DNA of 55,900 nucleotides. It comes from Chloroflexota bacterium (GTDB lineage Bacteria; Chloroflexota; Anaerolineae; J102). Position 1 is the first letter of the stretch. Each line of letters starts with the position of its first letter. Location: the NCBI GenBank assembly GCA_013152585.1, contig JAADGC010000177.1:1-55900 (forward strand), given 5' to 3'. The position numbers were made by a program, and so were the translations under genes. Under the pieces are notes generated by a model. That model saw nothing but the letters and a program-made list of their open reading frames with translations. It did no database searches and was not told the DNA's origin. This document shows, one piece after another, positions 1-8,633 of the stretch.

Positions 1-1216
1 TAGGGGTCGCCGTGGGGGTGGGGGGAATGCGGGCCATCGAGACTTCCAGGCGCAGTCGGGCCTCGGCGGGGTCGATGTCGGGCACATTGACCGCTTTGGC
101 ATAGTAGTCGGTTGCCGCCTTGGCTTCACCCTCCGTCATGGCGGCGTCGCCCAGCCCGAGATACGCGGTATACAGGTCCCGATTGATGTGTTGGCCCAGC
201 ATGTCATGCGGCTGCTGTATGATTTGCTCCAAGAGGGGCGTGGCGGTGAGGTAGTCCTGTTGTTGCAAAGCGTTCAGAGATTGTTTGTACAGTGTCAATC
301 GGGTCACCTGATCCAGAGCAATACGATTATCGGGATCAAGCCGGATGCGCTTGCGAATGAGGTCGATGGCATCATCGACCAGGCTGGGGGTCAGGATGTC
401 TGCCTTCAACCCGGCCTGCGCCAGATTGGTGTAAGCCTCGGCAAGGTGTGCCTTGACGTTTCTCTCGTGGAAAGTAGCATCGATGGTCAGTATCTGTTCA
501 TAAGCAGTGACAGCCTTTTGCCACTCTTGGCGCTCATAGGCAAACTCGGCAGCGTAGAAAAGTGCTTCCATTTGCACTTGCTCGTGAATCTGGGGCAGCA
601 GTTCGTCGACATTGCTGTAATGTGGCGACAGCTTCTGAATTTCCAATAGGAGCTGCTCCGCCTCGGTGTAGTTCAGGTTGTCGGTCGCCTTGAGGGCCTG
701 CTCGTACTTTTGGGCGACGTCGATTTTGGTGCGTGCCCGACTGATGGCCGCTTCGATGTCCGCATCTGCAGGGCCACTTTCCTGCGCCTTGAGATAGGAG
801 TCCATGGCAGCCTGATAGTCACCACTGGCATAGGCCTTATCCCCCTCGGCCAGCAGTTGCGCCATCTCCGACGCCTCGGCCTGGACCTGGAACCGGGGCT
901 GCAGCAGGCCCCTGTTGATCGACAACACGAGGTAGAGGATAATGCCGATGACGGCCAGACCAATGGCCCAGCGCAGCAGGCGGGCGCTATTGACCTGCGG
1001 CCAGCGGGCGGTTAACGCAGCGAACCTGGAGGTCCAGTAACTGTTCAGCTTGGATTTATAGCGAATATCGCTGGCCAGCGCCTGTAGCTCTGTGTCATCG
1101 GGGTATTGAGCCTGTAACTGTGCCAGCAATTCCTGCGCATGGGTCCAATCGCCGCGTTGCATGGCATTGAGCATCGTTTCGTATTGGGGATCTTGCATAG
1201 GTGAATTTGTGGTCAT
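1..1216 (-). CDS. TPR-like helical-repeat protein with one TM helix; last gene of the tad cluster. Partial: the C-terminus runs off the left window edge
   Basis: It is absent from the ORF track because there is no in-window stop. The ATG at 1216 has a GGGAGAA Shine-Dalgarno (SD) just upstream and lies 18 nt after the tadC-like stop. It opens a minus-strand frame that stays open to position 2: MTTNSPMQDPQYETMLNAMQRGDW...LLRWAIGLAVIGIILYLVLSI (TM)...GDYQAAMDSYLKAQE...NYTEAEQLLLEIQKLSP...WQKAVTAYEQILTIDA. The frame was hand-checked at 839-841. Confidence 0.6.
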   Translation of the reverse strand, partial: MTTNSPMQDPQYETMLNAMQRGDWTHAQELLAQLQAQYPDDTELQALASDIRYKSKLNSYWTSRFAALTARWPQVNSARLLRWAIGLAVIGIILYLVLSINRGLLQPRFQVQAEASEMAQLLAEGDKAYASGDYQAAMDSYLKAQESGPADADIEAAISRARTKIDVAQKYEQALKATDNLNYTEAEQLLLEIQKLSPHYSNVDELLPQIHEQVQMEALFYAAEFAYERQEWQKAVTAYEQILTIDATFHERNVKAHLAEAYTNLAQAGLKADILTPSLVDDAIDLIRKRIRLDPDNRIALDQVTRLTLYKQSLNALQQQDYLTATPLLEQIIQQPHDMLGQHINRDLYTAYLGLGDAAMTEGEAKAATDYYAKAVNVPDIDPAEARLRLEVSMARIPPTPTATP

Positions 1217-1234
1217 TCGGGTTCTCCCTGAAAA

Positions 1235-2857
1235 TCAGAATTTGCTCATCATCTCCACAAAACGGGGAATGGCAGGGCCCAACACCACGGCCATGGTGGC
1301 GGGCAAGACGAACATGGAAAGCGGAAGGAGCATTTTGACAGGTGCCTTATGGGCTTCTTCTTCGGCTCGCTGACGACGACGCATGCGCATCTGTTGGGAC
1401 TGGCTTTTGAGCACATTGCTGAGAGGAACGCCCAGACGGTCGGCCTGGGCCAGCAGTGCCACCAGGCTTGCCAGATCGGGGATATTGGTGCGGTCGGCCA
1501 GATGCCTTAGCGCTTCCACGCGTCGTACTCCCACCCGCATCTCATGCAATACGTAGCGAAACTCCTGGGCCAGTGCGTTCTCCCAGTTGCCGGCCACACG
1601 CTGTAGTGCCGCATCGAAGCCCAGGCCCGCGCCTACGCAGATGGTGAGCATGTCGAGCGCGTCGGGCAGCGCCCGTTGGATCTCTTTTTGACGTTTGCGT
1701 ATCTGGCCCTTGAGCCAGTTGGTGGGGAGATAGATGCCCAGCGAGAAACCGACGATGGTGAGCAGAATGCGGTTGATGCCGGGGGCCAGGGGTAAGACGC
1801 CCGCGAGCATGAACATACCCACGCCCATGACGGCACTGGCAATCAAGCGCAAACCCAAAAAGTCCGTTACTCCCATGTTGTGAGGGCGTCCGGCCCGAAT
1901 GAGTTGCTTTTGCATTTCGCGAATCTGGTCGGCTGGCGTGATCTGGGTGCCATAACCACGAATGCGTTGCCACAGGGGCTGCACGATACGTTCCTGCCAT
2001 GGTTTGGCCAGTTCCAGCGCCTCCATATCAGGCAGTTCGCCCGGCCGCCATGTGGCCAGCAGTGCCTCTGCCTGACTGACTTCGCTCTGGTTTTGACGCT
2101 GCAAACCGATGACAACCATGAGAACGGCCATGCCCGTCAGTGCCGCAGCCTCTAGCTGTGGAGGAATCTTGACATTAAATAAATGAACGGTCTGCAAGCC
2201 AAGTGTGAGGATGGCGAAGGTGATCCCAACCACCACCAGCAAGGCGCCATGAACAGCGACCACTGCCAATAATGTGCGGCCCCGGCTCAGCTTGCTGATT
2301 CCGCTGAGCACGGGATGGAGGATGAGCAAGCTCCAGACAGACACGACAAGCCATAAAGTGATGAAGATAGGCCGGAAAAAGGGTACCTCACCGACATGTA
2401 GGACATGATCGGCTATCTGAACGCCGAACCAGGGGATATTGAACAAGGCCGAGGGCAGCGTGGCCCAGGCGATGGTGCTGCGGGCCCCTTCTTGTGATAT
2501 CTGCCCGCCCAAGCGGGTGACCGCCGTATCGAGCAACATGGCAACCGCATTGAGAATCGGAATGCCGAACACCAATCCGATAGCCAAAGGCAGAATCATA
2601 TCCTGCATCACCGGCCCGCTTCCCTGTTCGGGCAACAAGAGCCCGGCAATGACAACAGCAAACGCTGTACAGGAAAAAATAGCAATTAAATTGGTGGATT
2701 GGTAGGGATCCCGTTCGATGATTTCCTGGATCTGTCGGGGCCGAAATAGGGCAGTCAGCCACCGATTGGATGTTTGGGAACTGGTCGTCATGGTTGTTTC
2801 TCTCATTTTCATGATCGCTATGGGCGTCTGGCAAAAATTGATTTCGTGGTTTGACAA
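1235..2857 (-). CDS. tadC: TadC-like T2SS-F-domain platform protein with an extra ~240-aa polytopic N-terminal membrane domain
   Basis: The C-terminal half matches the TadC/GspF-type pattern (LIRAGRPHNMGVTDFLGLR...ALPDALDMLTICVGAGLGFDAALQRV...SQQMRMRRRQRAEEEAHKAPVKMLLPLSMFVLPA). The N-terminal half is several hydrophobic helices with Yip1-like appearance. The track start at 2857 is a TTG; in-frame ATGs at 2812, 2806 and 2791 are alternatives, so the start is uncertain. Confidence 0.75.
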   Translation of the reverse strand: MSNHEINFCQTPIAIMKMRETTMTTSSQTSNRWLTALFRPRQIQEIIERDPYQSTNLIAIFSCTAFAVVIAGLLLPEQGSGPVMQDMILPLAIGLVFGIPILNAVAMLLDTAVTRLGGQISQEGARSTIAWATLPSALFNIPWFGVQIADHVLHVGEVPFFRPIFITLWLVVSVWSLLILHPVLSGISKLSRGRTLLAVVAVHGALLVVVGITFAILTLGLQTVHLFNVKIPPQLEAAALTGMAVLMVVIGLQRQNQSEVSQAEALLATWRPGELPDMEALELAKPWQERIVQPLWQRIRGYGTQITPADQIREMQKQLIRAGRPHNMGVTDFLGLRLIASAVMGVGMFMLAGVLPLAPGINRILLTIVGFSLGIYLPTNWLKGQIRKRQKEIQRALPDALDMLTICVGAGLGFDAALQRVAGNWENALAQEFRYVLHEMRVGVRRVEALRHLADRTNIPDLASLVALLAQADRLGVPLSNVLKSQSQQMRMRRRQRAEEEAHKAPVKMLLPLSMFVLPATMAVVLGPAIPRFVEMMSKF

Positions 2858-2951
2858 GTCATTTTATAGCCGCAGATACCACCGTTTTCTGGCTGCATCC
2901 CTTTGATTCTGTGAGAACCTGTGGTTGAAATAGAAAAGTCGACTGTCCAGA

Positions 2952-3902
2952 TCAAAAGTCCAGTTTGAGCATTTGCCGCATGATCAGATAGCCGACCACT
3001 GTCATGAGTGTGGCTGTGATGGGGATGAGGATTGGCCAGCCGGGTTGAAACATACCCATCATGTATTCAGGATTGATGAGCATAAACACGGTGCCCAATA
3101 TGAAGGGCAGGGCCGTGAGAACGGTGCCCGACATGCGCTGTTCTGCGGTCAGCGTTTGGATCTCGCCATTGATGCGAATGCGTTCTAAGATAGTCTGGCT
3201 GATGCTCTGCATAACCTCTGCCAGGCTACCCCCCACTTCGTTCTGAATACGAATGGCAGTCACGATGAGCGCCAGATCATCGCTTTGCACACGGTCGACA
3301 AGGTGATTCAGGGCATCGTCAAGGCTATACCCCAACTGGGATTCTTTGATAACGCGACCGAATTCGGAGGCAGAGGGATCGGGCATTTCCTTGACGATGA
3401 TACTCAGGGCTTGTTGCAGGCCATAGCCGGCCTGCAGCGAGCTCACCATCAGGTTGAGCACATCGACCAATTGCGTATCGAACATTTTGCGGCGATTATT
3501 GCGGCGATTGCGTACATAAAGCTCGGGGACAACCCACCCGGCGATGGCGAGCAATATGCCTCCTAAGGGATTATGGGCAACGAGCCACCCCGCGGCCAGG
3601 CTCAACAAAACAATGGCCAGTCGTATGACCAGATATTCGTAAACGGTGACATGGAGCCCGGCTTGCAGCAACTGGTGACGAATTCCGCCGAAGTATTGCG
3701 TCTTGCTCAGACGCTGCTGGAGATCGTCCCGCCGCCCTGCCGTCGGTACTCCCCAGCCATCCATGTTGCCGCTCTGCATCGAGATCTCAAAGCGCTCGTC
3801 GATTTCGCGCGTCCACGTCAGCCATTTGTAGAGGCCAATGAGGACAAAAAAGATGGTGAAGGAGAAGATCAGTGATATGGCGACCAGAGGATTCAGGAAC
3901 AT
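2952..3902 (-). CDS. tadB: TadB-like T2SS-F-domain platform protein
   Basis: ATG preceded by an AAGGAGG SD. Motifs LQAGYGLQQALSIIVKEMPDPSASEFGRVIKESQLGYSLDDALNHL...EVGGSLAEVMQSIS, with terminal TM helices. Confidence 0.85.
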   Translation of the reverse strand: MFLNPLVAISLIFSFTIFFVLIGLYKWLTWTREIDERFEISMQSGNMDGWGVPTAGRRDDLQQRLSKTQYFGGIRHQLLQAGLHVTVYEYLVIRLAIVLLSLAAGWLVAHNPLGGILLAIAGWVVPELYVRNRRNNRRKMFDTQLVDVLNLMVSSLQAGYGLQQALSIIVKEMPDPSASEFGRVIKESQLGYSLDDALNHLVDRVQSDDLALIVTAIRIQNEVGGSLAEVMQSISQTILERIRINGEIQTLTAEQRMSGTVLTALPFILGTVFMLINPEYMMGMFQPGWPILIPITATLMTVVGYLIMRQMLKLDF

Positions 3903-3915
3903 GATATGGCCTCCT

Positions 3916-4623
3916 TTACGAAAGGGTGTGTGCTTGCTGCATCAAGACAAGCCAGGCGCCAAGCGCCAAATACGGTGCGTAGGCGATAGACTGTTTGGCA
4001 TGAATACGGCGTGTGACGAGGAGGACACCAGCGGCCACCCCGCCGGCGATGATCCCCAGAAGCAACGCGATGAGAACTTGGGGATAGCCTGTGACAAAAC
4101 CGATCCAGACGGCCAATTTGACATCGCCCATGCCCATGGCGCCGCGACCGATGACTGCCATCAGGCCAAAGAGGACCAGGCCGAGCAGGCTGCCTGCCAG
4201 GGCCATCGGCAAAGAGGGGAGCAAGCCCACCAGACTAAGGCCCACTAAAATGGGGGCCGACACAACCAACACCCGGTTGAGAACCAGATGATGATCGAGA
4301 TCAATGAGGGCGATCAGGAGCAGATAAAGGCCTATACCCGCCAGGGTGAGCTTTTGGGCCAGCGTGTCGGCAGAGGTGGCCTGCCATAAAACAGCAAAAC
4401 TTGCTATCCAGACGGCAAGAATGCGCAGGAGCCAACGGGTAGGGGGAAAACGGGATGGGTGGGAAGGGGGAGTTGGCCCCATGGGATCGCCATGGGAAGG
4501 CCACATCTGCTGCCAGGCACGGGACAGGTTTTGCGTTGTGGGCAGATAGTGCGCCATGAGATTGATCACAAGCGCTGCTATCAGGCTGATGAAAGAGAGG
4601 AAAAGAAGGGTGAGATTAGCCAT
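3916..4623 (-). CDS. tadV: A24-family prepilin peptidase (CpaA/TadV type)
   Basis: Polytopic membrane protein with IDLDHH and GRGAMGMGDVKL aspartate motifs. Its ATG overlaps the stop of the upstream tadZ-like gene (ATGGCTAA, 8-nt overlap). Confidence 0.8.
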   Translation of the reverse strand: MANLTLLFLSFISLIAALVINLMAHYLPTTQNLSRAWQQMWPSHGDPMGPTPPSHPSRFPPTRWLLRILAVWIASFAVLWQATSADTLAQKLTLAGIGLYLLLIALIDLDHHLVLNRVLVVSAPILVGLSLVGLLPSLPMALAGSLLGLVLFGLMAVIGRGAMGMGDVKLAVWIGFVTGYPQVLIALLLGIIAGGVAAGVLLVTRRIHAKQSIAYAPYLALGAWLVLMQQAHTLS

Positions 4624-5821
4624 GACGATTGAAGGCTATCGAGCCCAGATGAAAGGAACGGGATGATGTATTCGTGTCGGCTTCCTCAGTTTCTTCGGTG
4701 CGGGGAAGCAGCTTTTCGGCCATCTCGAAGATACCGCGGCTCAGGCGCGAACGGGGTTGGCTGAGGACAAAGGGAATACCGCTGTTCATGGCCAGGGTTG
4801 CCAGAGCGGGATCATGGGGTAGTTGTTGATAGATATCTTTGCCAAGGCGTTCCTTGATATACCGTTCGGAAATGCCGCCCGGCATTCCCAACTGGTTGAT
4901 CAGCAAATGCGGATCCACTTGCAGGTTTTCGTCGCCCTGGATAGTGTCAAATAGATCCAGGGCTCGACGTAAACTAGGCACCTCGGGGGTCGATACGATC
5001 ATCGTCATATCTGATTGGTCCAGTACTTCCGACAGTACCAGATCGGGCGTAGGAGCCGTATCGATGACCACGATGGGAGCCATTTCATTCACACGAATCA
5101 GGATCTGATTCCAGACTTCCTGGCTCAACTCGGCCATCTCACTCACATTGAGTGTATTAGAAAGCACATAGATACCGCTCTCGTGCTTCTGCAGCAAGGA
5201 TTTCACCATTCGGGTATCGACTTCGGCGGTATCGACCAGATCGTTGAGCGTATGCCGGGGCTGAATGTTTAGCATCAGGGCCAGATCACTAAGATTGTTG
5301 TGCGCTTCTACCAGAAACACATCTAACTTGCTAAGCTTATGAAAAGCCACTGCCAGATTGACGGCGACGGTGCTTTTGCCCACCCCACCTCTCAGCCCGG
5401 TGATGGCGACGCAAAGCGTGTGGTGGGATATTTGTGTTTCTTCGGTCTTATGGTCCAGCAGGATGCTTTTCACCACGGCAATAAACTCGGTCGCTACGAT
5501 GGGATGGCGCACGAAACCGCGGGTGCCTGCCAACATGGCGCGTTGTAATTCGCCAAAACGTTCGGGGGTGGCCAAAGCCAACAAGGGTAAGTCGGGCAAA
5601 GTCTTCGTGGCTTGTTCGATCAGGTGCAGAGCATCCAGGTTGGCCAGATCGATGAGAGCGAGATCAGCCCGCTGTTGCGCCAACGACGCCAGTTCGTATT
5701 TTCGGCCTACCTTGGCGATCACGCGCCAACCTTCGGTCTCGGCTACTCGCCGAATGGCATCGACCGTATCATAGTTGGAAGAAACGACTGCCAGGCGAAT
5801 GATTCGTGAAGACTTTTCCAC
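4616..5821 (-). CDS. tadZ: CpaE/TadZ-like pilus-assembly ATPase (atypical receiver domain plus MinD/ParA fold)
   Basis: The N-terminal domain is receiver-like but lacks the acidic DD pair (LAVVSSNYD...DLALIDL). A deviant Walker A follows (GLRGGVGKSTVAVNLA). GTG start 15 nt after the cpaB stop. Confidence 0.8.
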   Translation of the reverse strand: MEKSSRIIRLAVVSSNYDTVDAIRRVAETEGWRVIAKVGRKYELASLAQQRADLALIDLANLDALHLIEQATKTLPDLPLLALATPERFGELQRAMLAGTRGFVRHPIVATEFIAVVKSILLDHKTEETQISHHTLCVAITGLRGGVGKSTVAVNLAVAFHKLSKLDVFLVEAHNNLSDLALMLNIQPRHTLNDLVDTAEVDTRMVKSLLQKHESGIYVLSNTLNVSEMAELSQEVWNQILIRVNEMAPIVVIDTAPTPDLVLSEVLDQSDMTMIVSTPEVPSLRRALDLFDTIQGDENLQVDPHLLINQLGMPGGISERYIKERLGKDIYQQLPHDPALATLAMNSGIPFVLSQPRSRLSRGIFEMAEKLLPRTEETEEADTNTSSRSFHLGSIAFNRHG

Positions 5822-5836
5822 TATCCACGCACATCC

Positions 5837-6637
5837 TTAGGGTGAGACCAATATCTGATAGCGATCTATCAAATAGTTTTGATCGACGGGAACGGTTTGG
5901 GCAAGACCCTGGTTATCCGGTGCTCGTAAGGCCAGATCTAGTATGCCACCTATATCCAAGATATGTCGTAATACTAACGCATCTTGCAGGTCAACGGCAA
6001 TAAGGATGGATTGCTCGCTAGGCTTATCCGTGCGGAAGGTGCCGCTTTCATCTGCGCTACCAGCCGCGGTTTTATCGGGGTTGAGCTGTTTGGGAATAAT
6101 GATGGCGTGGACTTCGACGTCTTGCAGGGTGGCAATGCTTTCATCCTGGCTACCAGAACCACCGGCGACAGTCAGTTCAGCGGAAAAGGTGCCAATGATG
6201 TCGATGTGATCGCCAGGCCGAACCAGACGATTGCTGAGGAGTACGGAATCCATCTGCACCGCCATGACGACCTTATTTTCGGGCACCGACAGAGCCAGTT
6301 TCCGGGTGACGATATCCGGCGTCACCAATTTAGGGATCATGAGCGGCTCTCCGGCCAGAATCGTCTCGCCGGACATTTTTCCCAGGACCTGATCCATGTT
6401 GGTGGCAGCGCCAGCGGGCACTGTATCCACAGGGAATTTTTTCAATTGCAGTTCATTTTGGGTGATGGAACGACGTGAGGGGATGTCGGTGGCAGCCACC
6501 ACTACGAACTGGCTCACCAGAGACTGATCGCCATTGTCGATGGGGGCGGCTGTCGTCAGCGTCTGATAGGTGACAAGCCCGGCCAGGGCTGCCAGGATGA
6601 CAGCTCCGATCCACCAGATAAAGCCAGTTGATTTCAT
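5837..6637 (-). CDS. cpaB: CpaB/RcpC-like Flp pilus assembly protein (N-terminal TM, SAF-like domain)
   Basis: AAGGAGA SD. MKSTGFIWWIGAVILAALAGLV TM helix, then VVVAATDIPSRRSITQNELQLKKFPVDTVPAGA...GEPL, typical of the CpaB SAF plus RcpC regions. Confidence 0.8.
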   Translation of the reverse strand: MKSTGFIWWIGAVILAALAGLVTYQTLTTAAPIDNGDQSLVSQFVVVAATDIPSRRSITQNELQLKKFPVDTVPAGAATNMDQVLGKMSGETILAGEPLMIPKLVTPDIVTRKLALSVPENKVVMAVQMDSVLLSNRLVRPGDHIDIIGTFSAELTVAGGSGSQDESIATLQDVEVHAIIIPKQLNPDKTAAGSADESGTFRTDKPSEQSILIAVDLQDALVLRHILDIGGILDLALRAPDNQGLAQTVPVDQNYLIDRYQILVSP

Positions 6638-6651
6638 TGCAGGTATTCTCC

Positions 6652-7587
6652 TTACTTACTGATGTACAGGATCGAAATGCCATAGTCGCCGTCATCGTCA
6701 TCGCCTACTTCGCCATCTGTCTTGATGGTTTGAATAAAATAGCCTTCGATCCATTTGTGACAACCATGGAAATTAAACCCCGTGAGGACAAATTCGGCAA
6801 AGCCACAGACCTGGTAGGTGGCGTTATTGCCATTGCCGCTAATACTACTGTACAGGGGGATCGTGACATGATGGCCCATCCATGTGTTGAGAGCAGATAT
6901 AACCTGACTACTGCCCTTCACGCCAGGAGCACTGGGGACGGCATCGCCAATATGCCAATAGCCGCTATTGGAAGGATGTAAAATATTATCGGCCAACTCG
7001 GGGGTGCTGGGAGAACCGCCGTTCCAATCCAGCCAACCAAAATTGCCGTGGCCATCCGAGTCGTGATCATCGCCTCCATGTCCCCCTCCATGTCCCATGC
7101 CTCCTGATTCTTTTTCCCACAGGGTGTAGGTCTCGCCGGGCGTGCGCTCTGCGCACGGGGCAGTCATGGGCAACATATTGTCGGCGCTGGCGGCGACGCC
7201 ATACGCGGCCTCGCTCACAGCTCGGGCCGTCATCGTGTTCATGCCAAATAGCTTGGCAAAAGCAGTATCGAAGGTTTCTTCAGCCTGCACTTCGATTGCC
7301 TTCCCACTTTGCGTAAACTGCCAGCTCACCTCTTCGGCACCATTAAGAGTGGCAAATTTGTTGATTTCGTTTTGGATCACCGAATTGCTGCCTCCCAGGG
7401 CAGCCATTCGTGCTCCTGCCAGTGCGGCGGCATCAGCAGCATTCTGCATGCGCCGTTGCTGGACATAGGCGTTACTCCCATCAAGGGCAATCGCCCCAAA
7501 ACCCAAAATCACTACTAAAAAAAGGGCAAAATAGACGAGAATAGAGCCTTGTTCAGGATGGTTGTTTACAATCTTTTGCGTATACAT
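6652..7587 (-). CDS. TadG-like (Tad N-terminal domain) minor pilin / pilus-associated protein with a His/Gly/Asp-rich insert
   Basis: GGAGGAA SD. The N-terminus EQGSILVYFALFLVVILGFGAIALDGSNAYVQQRRMQNAADAAALAGA has the TadE/TadG-like pattern. Internal GMGHGGGHGGDDHDSDGHGN tract. Confidence 0.7.
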   Translation of the reverse strand: MYTQKIVNNHPEQGSILVYFALFLVVILGFGAIALDGSNAYVQQRRMQNAADAAALAGARMAALGGSNSVIQNEINKFATLNGAEEVSWQFTQSGKAIEVQAEETFDTAFAKLFGMNTMTARAVSEAAYGVAASADNMLPMTAPCAERTPGETYTLWEKESGGMGHGGGHGGDDHDSDGHGNFGWLDWNGGSPSTPELADNILHPSNSGYWHIGDAVPSAPGVKGSSQVISALNTWMGHHVTIPLYSSISGNGNNATYQVCGFAEFVLTGFNFHGCHKWIEGYFIQTIKTDGEVGDDDDGDYGISILYISK

Positions 7588-7800
7588 CGTGCAGTTCCTC
7601 CGACGGAAAGCCCAGGGGGGGCCGACGGATTGAGATTTAAATTCAAGCCAGGCCTTCGCCTGCGACCATCTTATGCAGACACCGGGTGTGAATGCCTGCG
7701 CTTACTCTCTGCCGAACTGCTCGATTCTGTACTGTTAAGGGTGATTGCTTCTATCAACTATACGTGCGTGTACTCGTAGCCCTTTCTGATCGTCGTCTAT

Positions 7801-8184
7801 TCAAATTGCAGGCATGCTCACCGAAATGTCAAGAGGGATGGTGGAAAAGGGTAAGAACCCAAAGAGAAGTGGATAATCGTAATTGATGGAGACACTCACC
7901 GTCTCGCCGCTTTCACCAGGTGTAGCACTGATGGTCACATCATCGATGGAAATGCCGCGATCCGTCAATGCCTCTTCAGCCCGCTCGGTGGCTCCGGCTG
8001 TGTCGTAAGGATGGGATGCCAGATAACGAGAGGCCTCACGGGCGCCGTTCATTAGGATCAAGTTAACCGAATACACTCTGCCCAGATCAGCCACTCCCAG
8101 GGTGATCATCAAAAGCATGGGAAGAATGACTGCGAATTCAACCAGACTTGCGCCTCGTTGACGACGAAGTGGATTATCTTTCAT
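7801..8184 (-). CDS. tadE: TadE-like pseudopilin
   Basis: GGAGGT SD. N-terminus RGASLVEFAVILPMLLMITLGVADLGRVY (TadE motif). Confidence 0.8.
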   Translation of the reverse strand: MKDNPLRRQRGASLVEFAVILPMLLMITLGVADLGRVYSVNLILMNGAREASRYLASHPYDTAGATERAEEALTDRGISIDDVTISATPGESGETVSVSINYDYPLLFGFLPFSTIPLDISVSMPAI

Positions 8185-8258
8185 CCTTGTACCTCCGTCT
8201 TCATCCTGGCGAGTGTTACGAATGAAAAATAGGTATCACACGGAGATGATGTGAACAT

Positions 8259-8291
8259 GAGCAGGGGAGCTGATGGTAGCTCCCCCTGCTC
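8259..8291 (-). terminator. Strong hairpin about 50 nt downstream of flp; candidate attenuating terminator or mRNA-stabilising stem
   Basis: GAGCAGGGGAGCT / AGCTCCCCCTGCTC: a 13-bp stem with one bulged C and a 6-nt loop. No clear U-tract follows on the minus strand. Confidence 0.45.
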
Positions 8292-8342
8292 AATGTTGCA
8301 TCATATGGGAGTTGTGCGGGGTATGGATTCGTTACGGGTGGA

Positions 8343-8543
8343 TTATTCGGCAGCGTTGCCAATAGTGTTGCCCACGCTGGTGAGCTGGTCACTGATGCCA
8401 CCGCCCAGGACGCCCAGGGCTACGATGGCGGCTACGGCCACCAGGGCCAATACCAGGCCATACTCGGCCAATTCGGCGCCTTTCTCGTCATCGACAAACG
8501 TGCTCAAAAAGAACTGCATAGTGGTAAAAAGTTGCTGAAACAT
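8343..8543 (-). CDS. flp: Flp-family type IVb major pilin
   Basis: 66 aa with a GAGGAGA SD. Leader ...DDEKG followed by AELAEYGLVLALVAVAAIVALGVL, matching the Flp G/xxxxEY cleavage motif and hydrophobic core. Confidence 0.9.
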   Translation of the reverse strand: MFQQLFTTMQFFLSTFVDDEKGAELAEYGLVLALVAVAAIVALGVLGGGISDQLTSVGNTIGNAAE

Positions 8544-8633
8544 GGTTCTGTCTCCTCGCTACAAGAGCTGAAAGTGAGAGGGTTGGGATTATTAAAAGCT
8601 GCAAATTAGGTGCGTTATTTTACAGCTTGTTCA

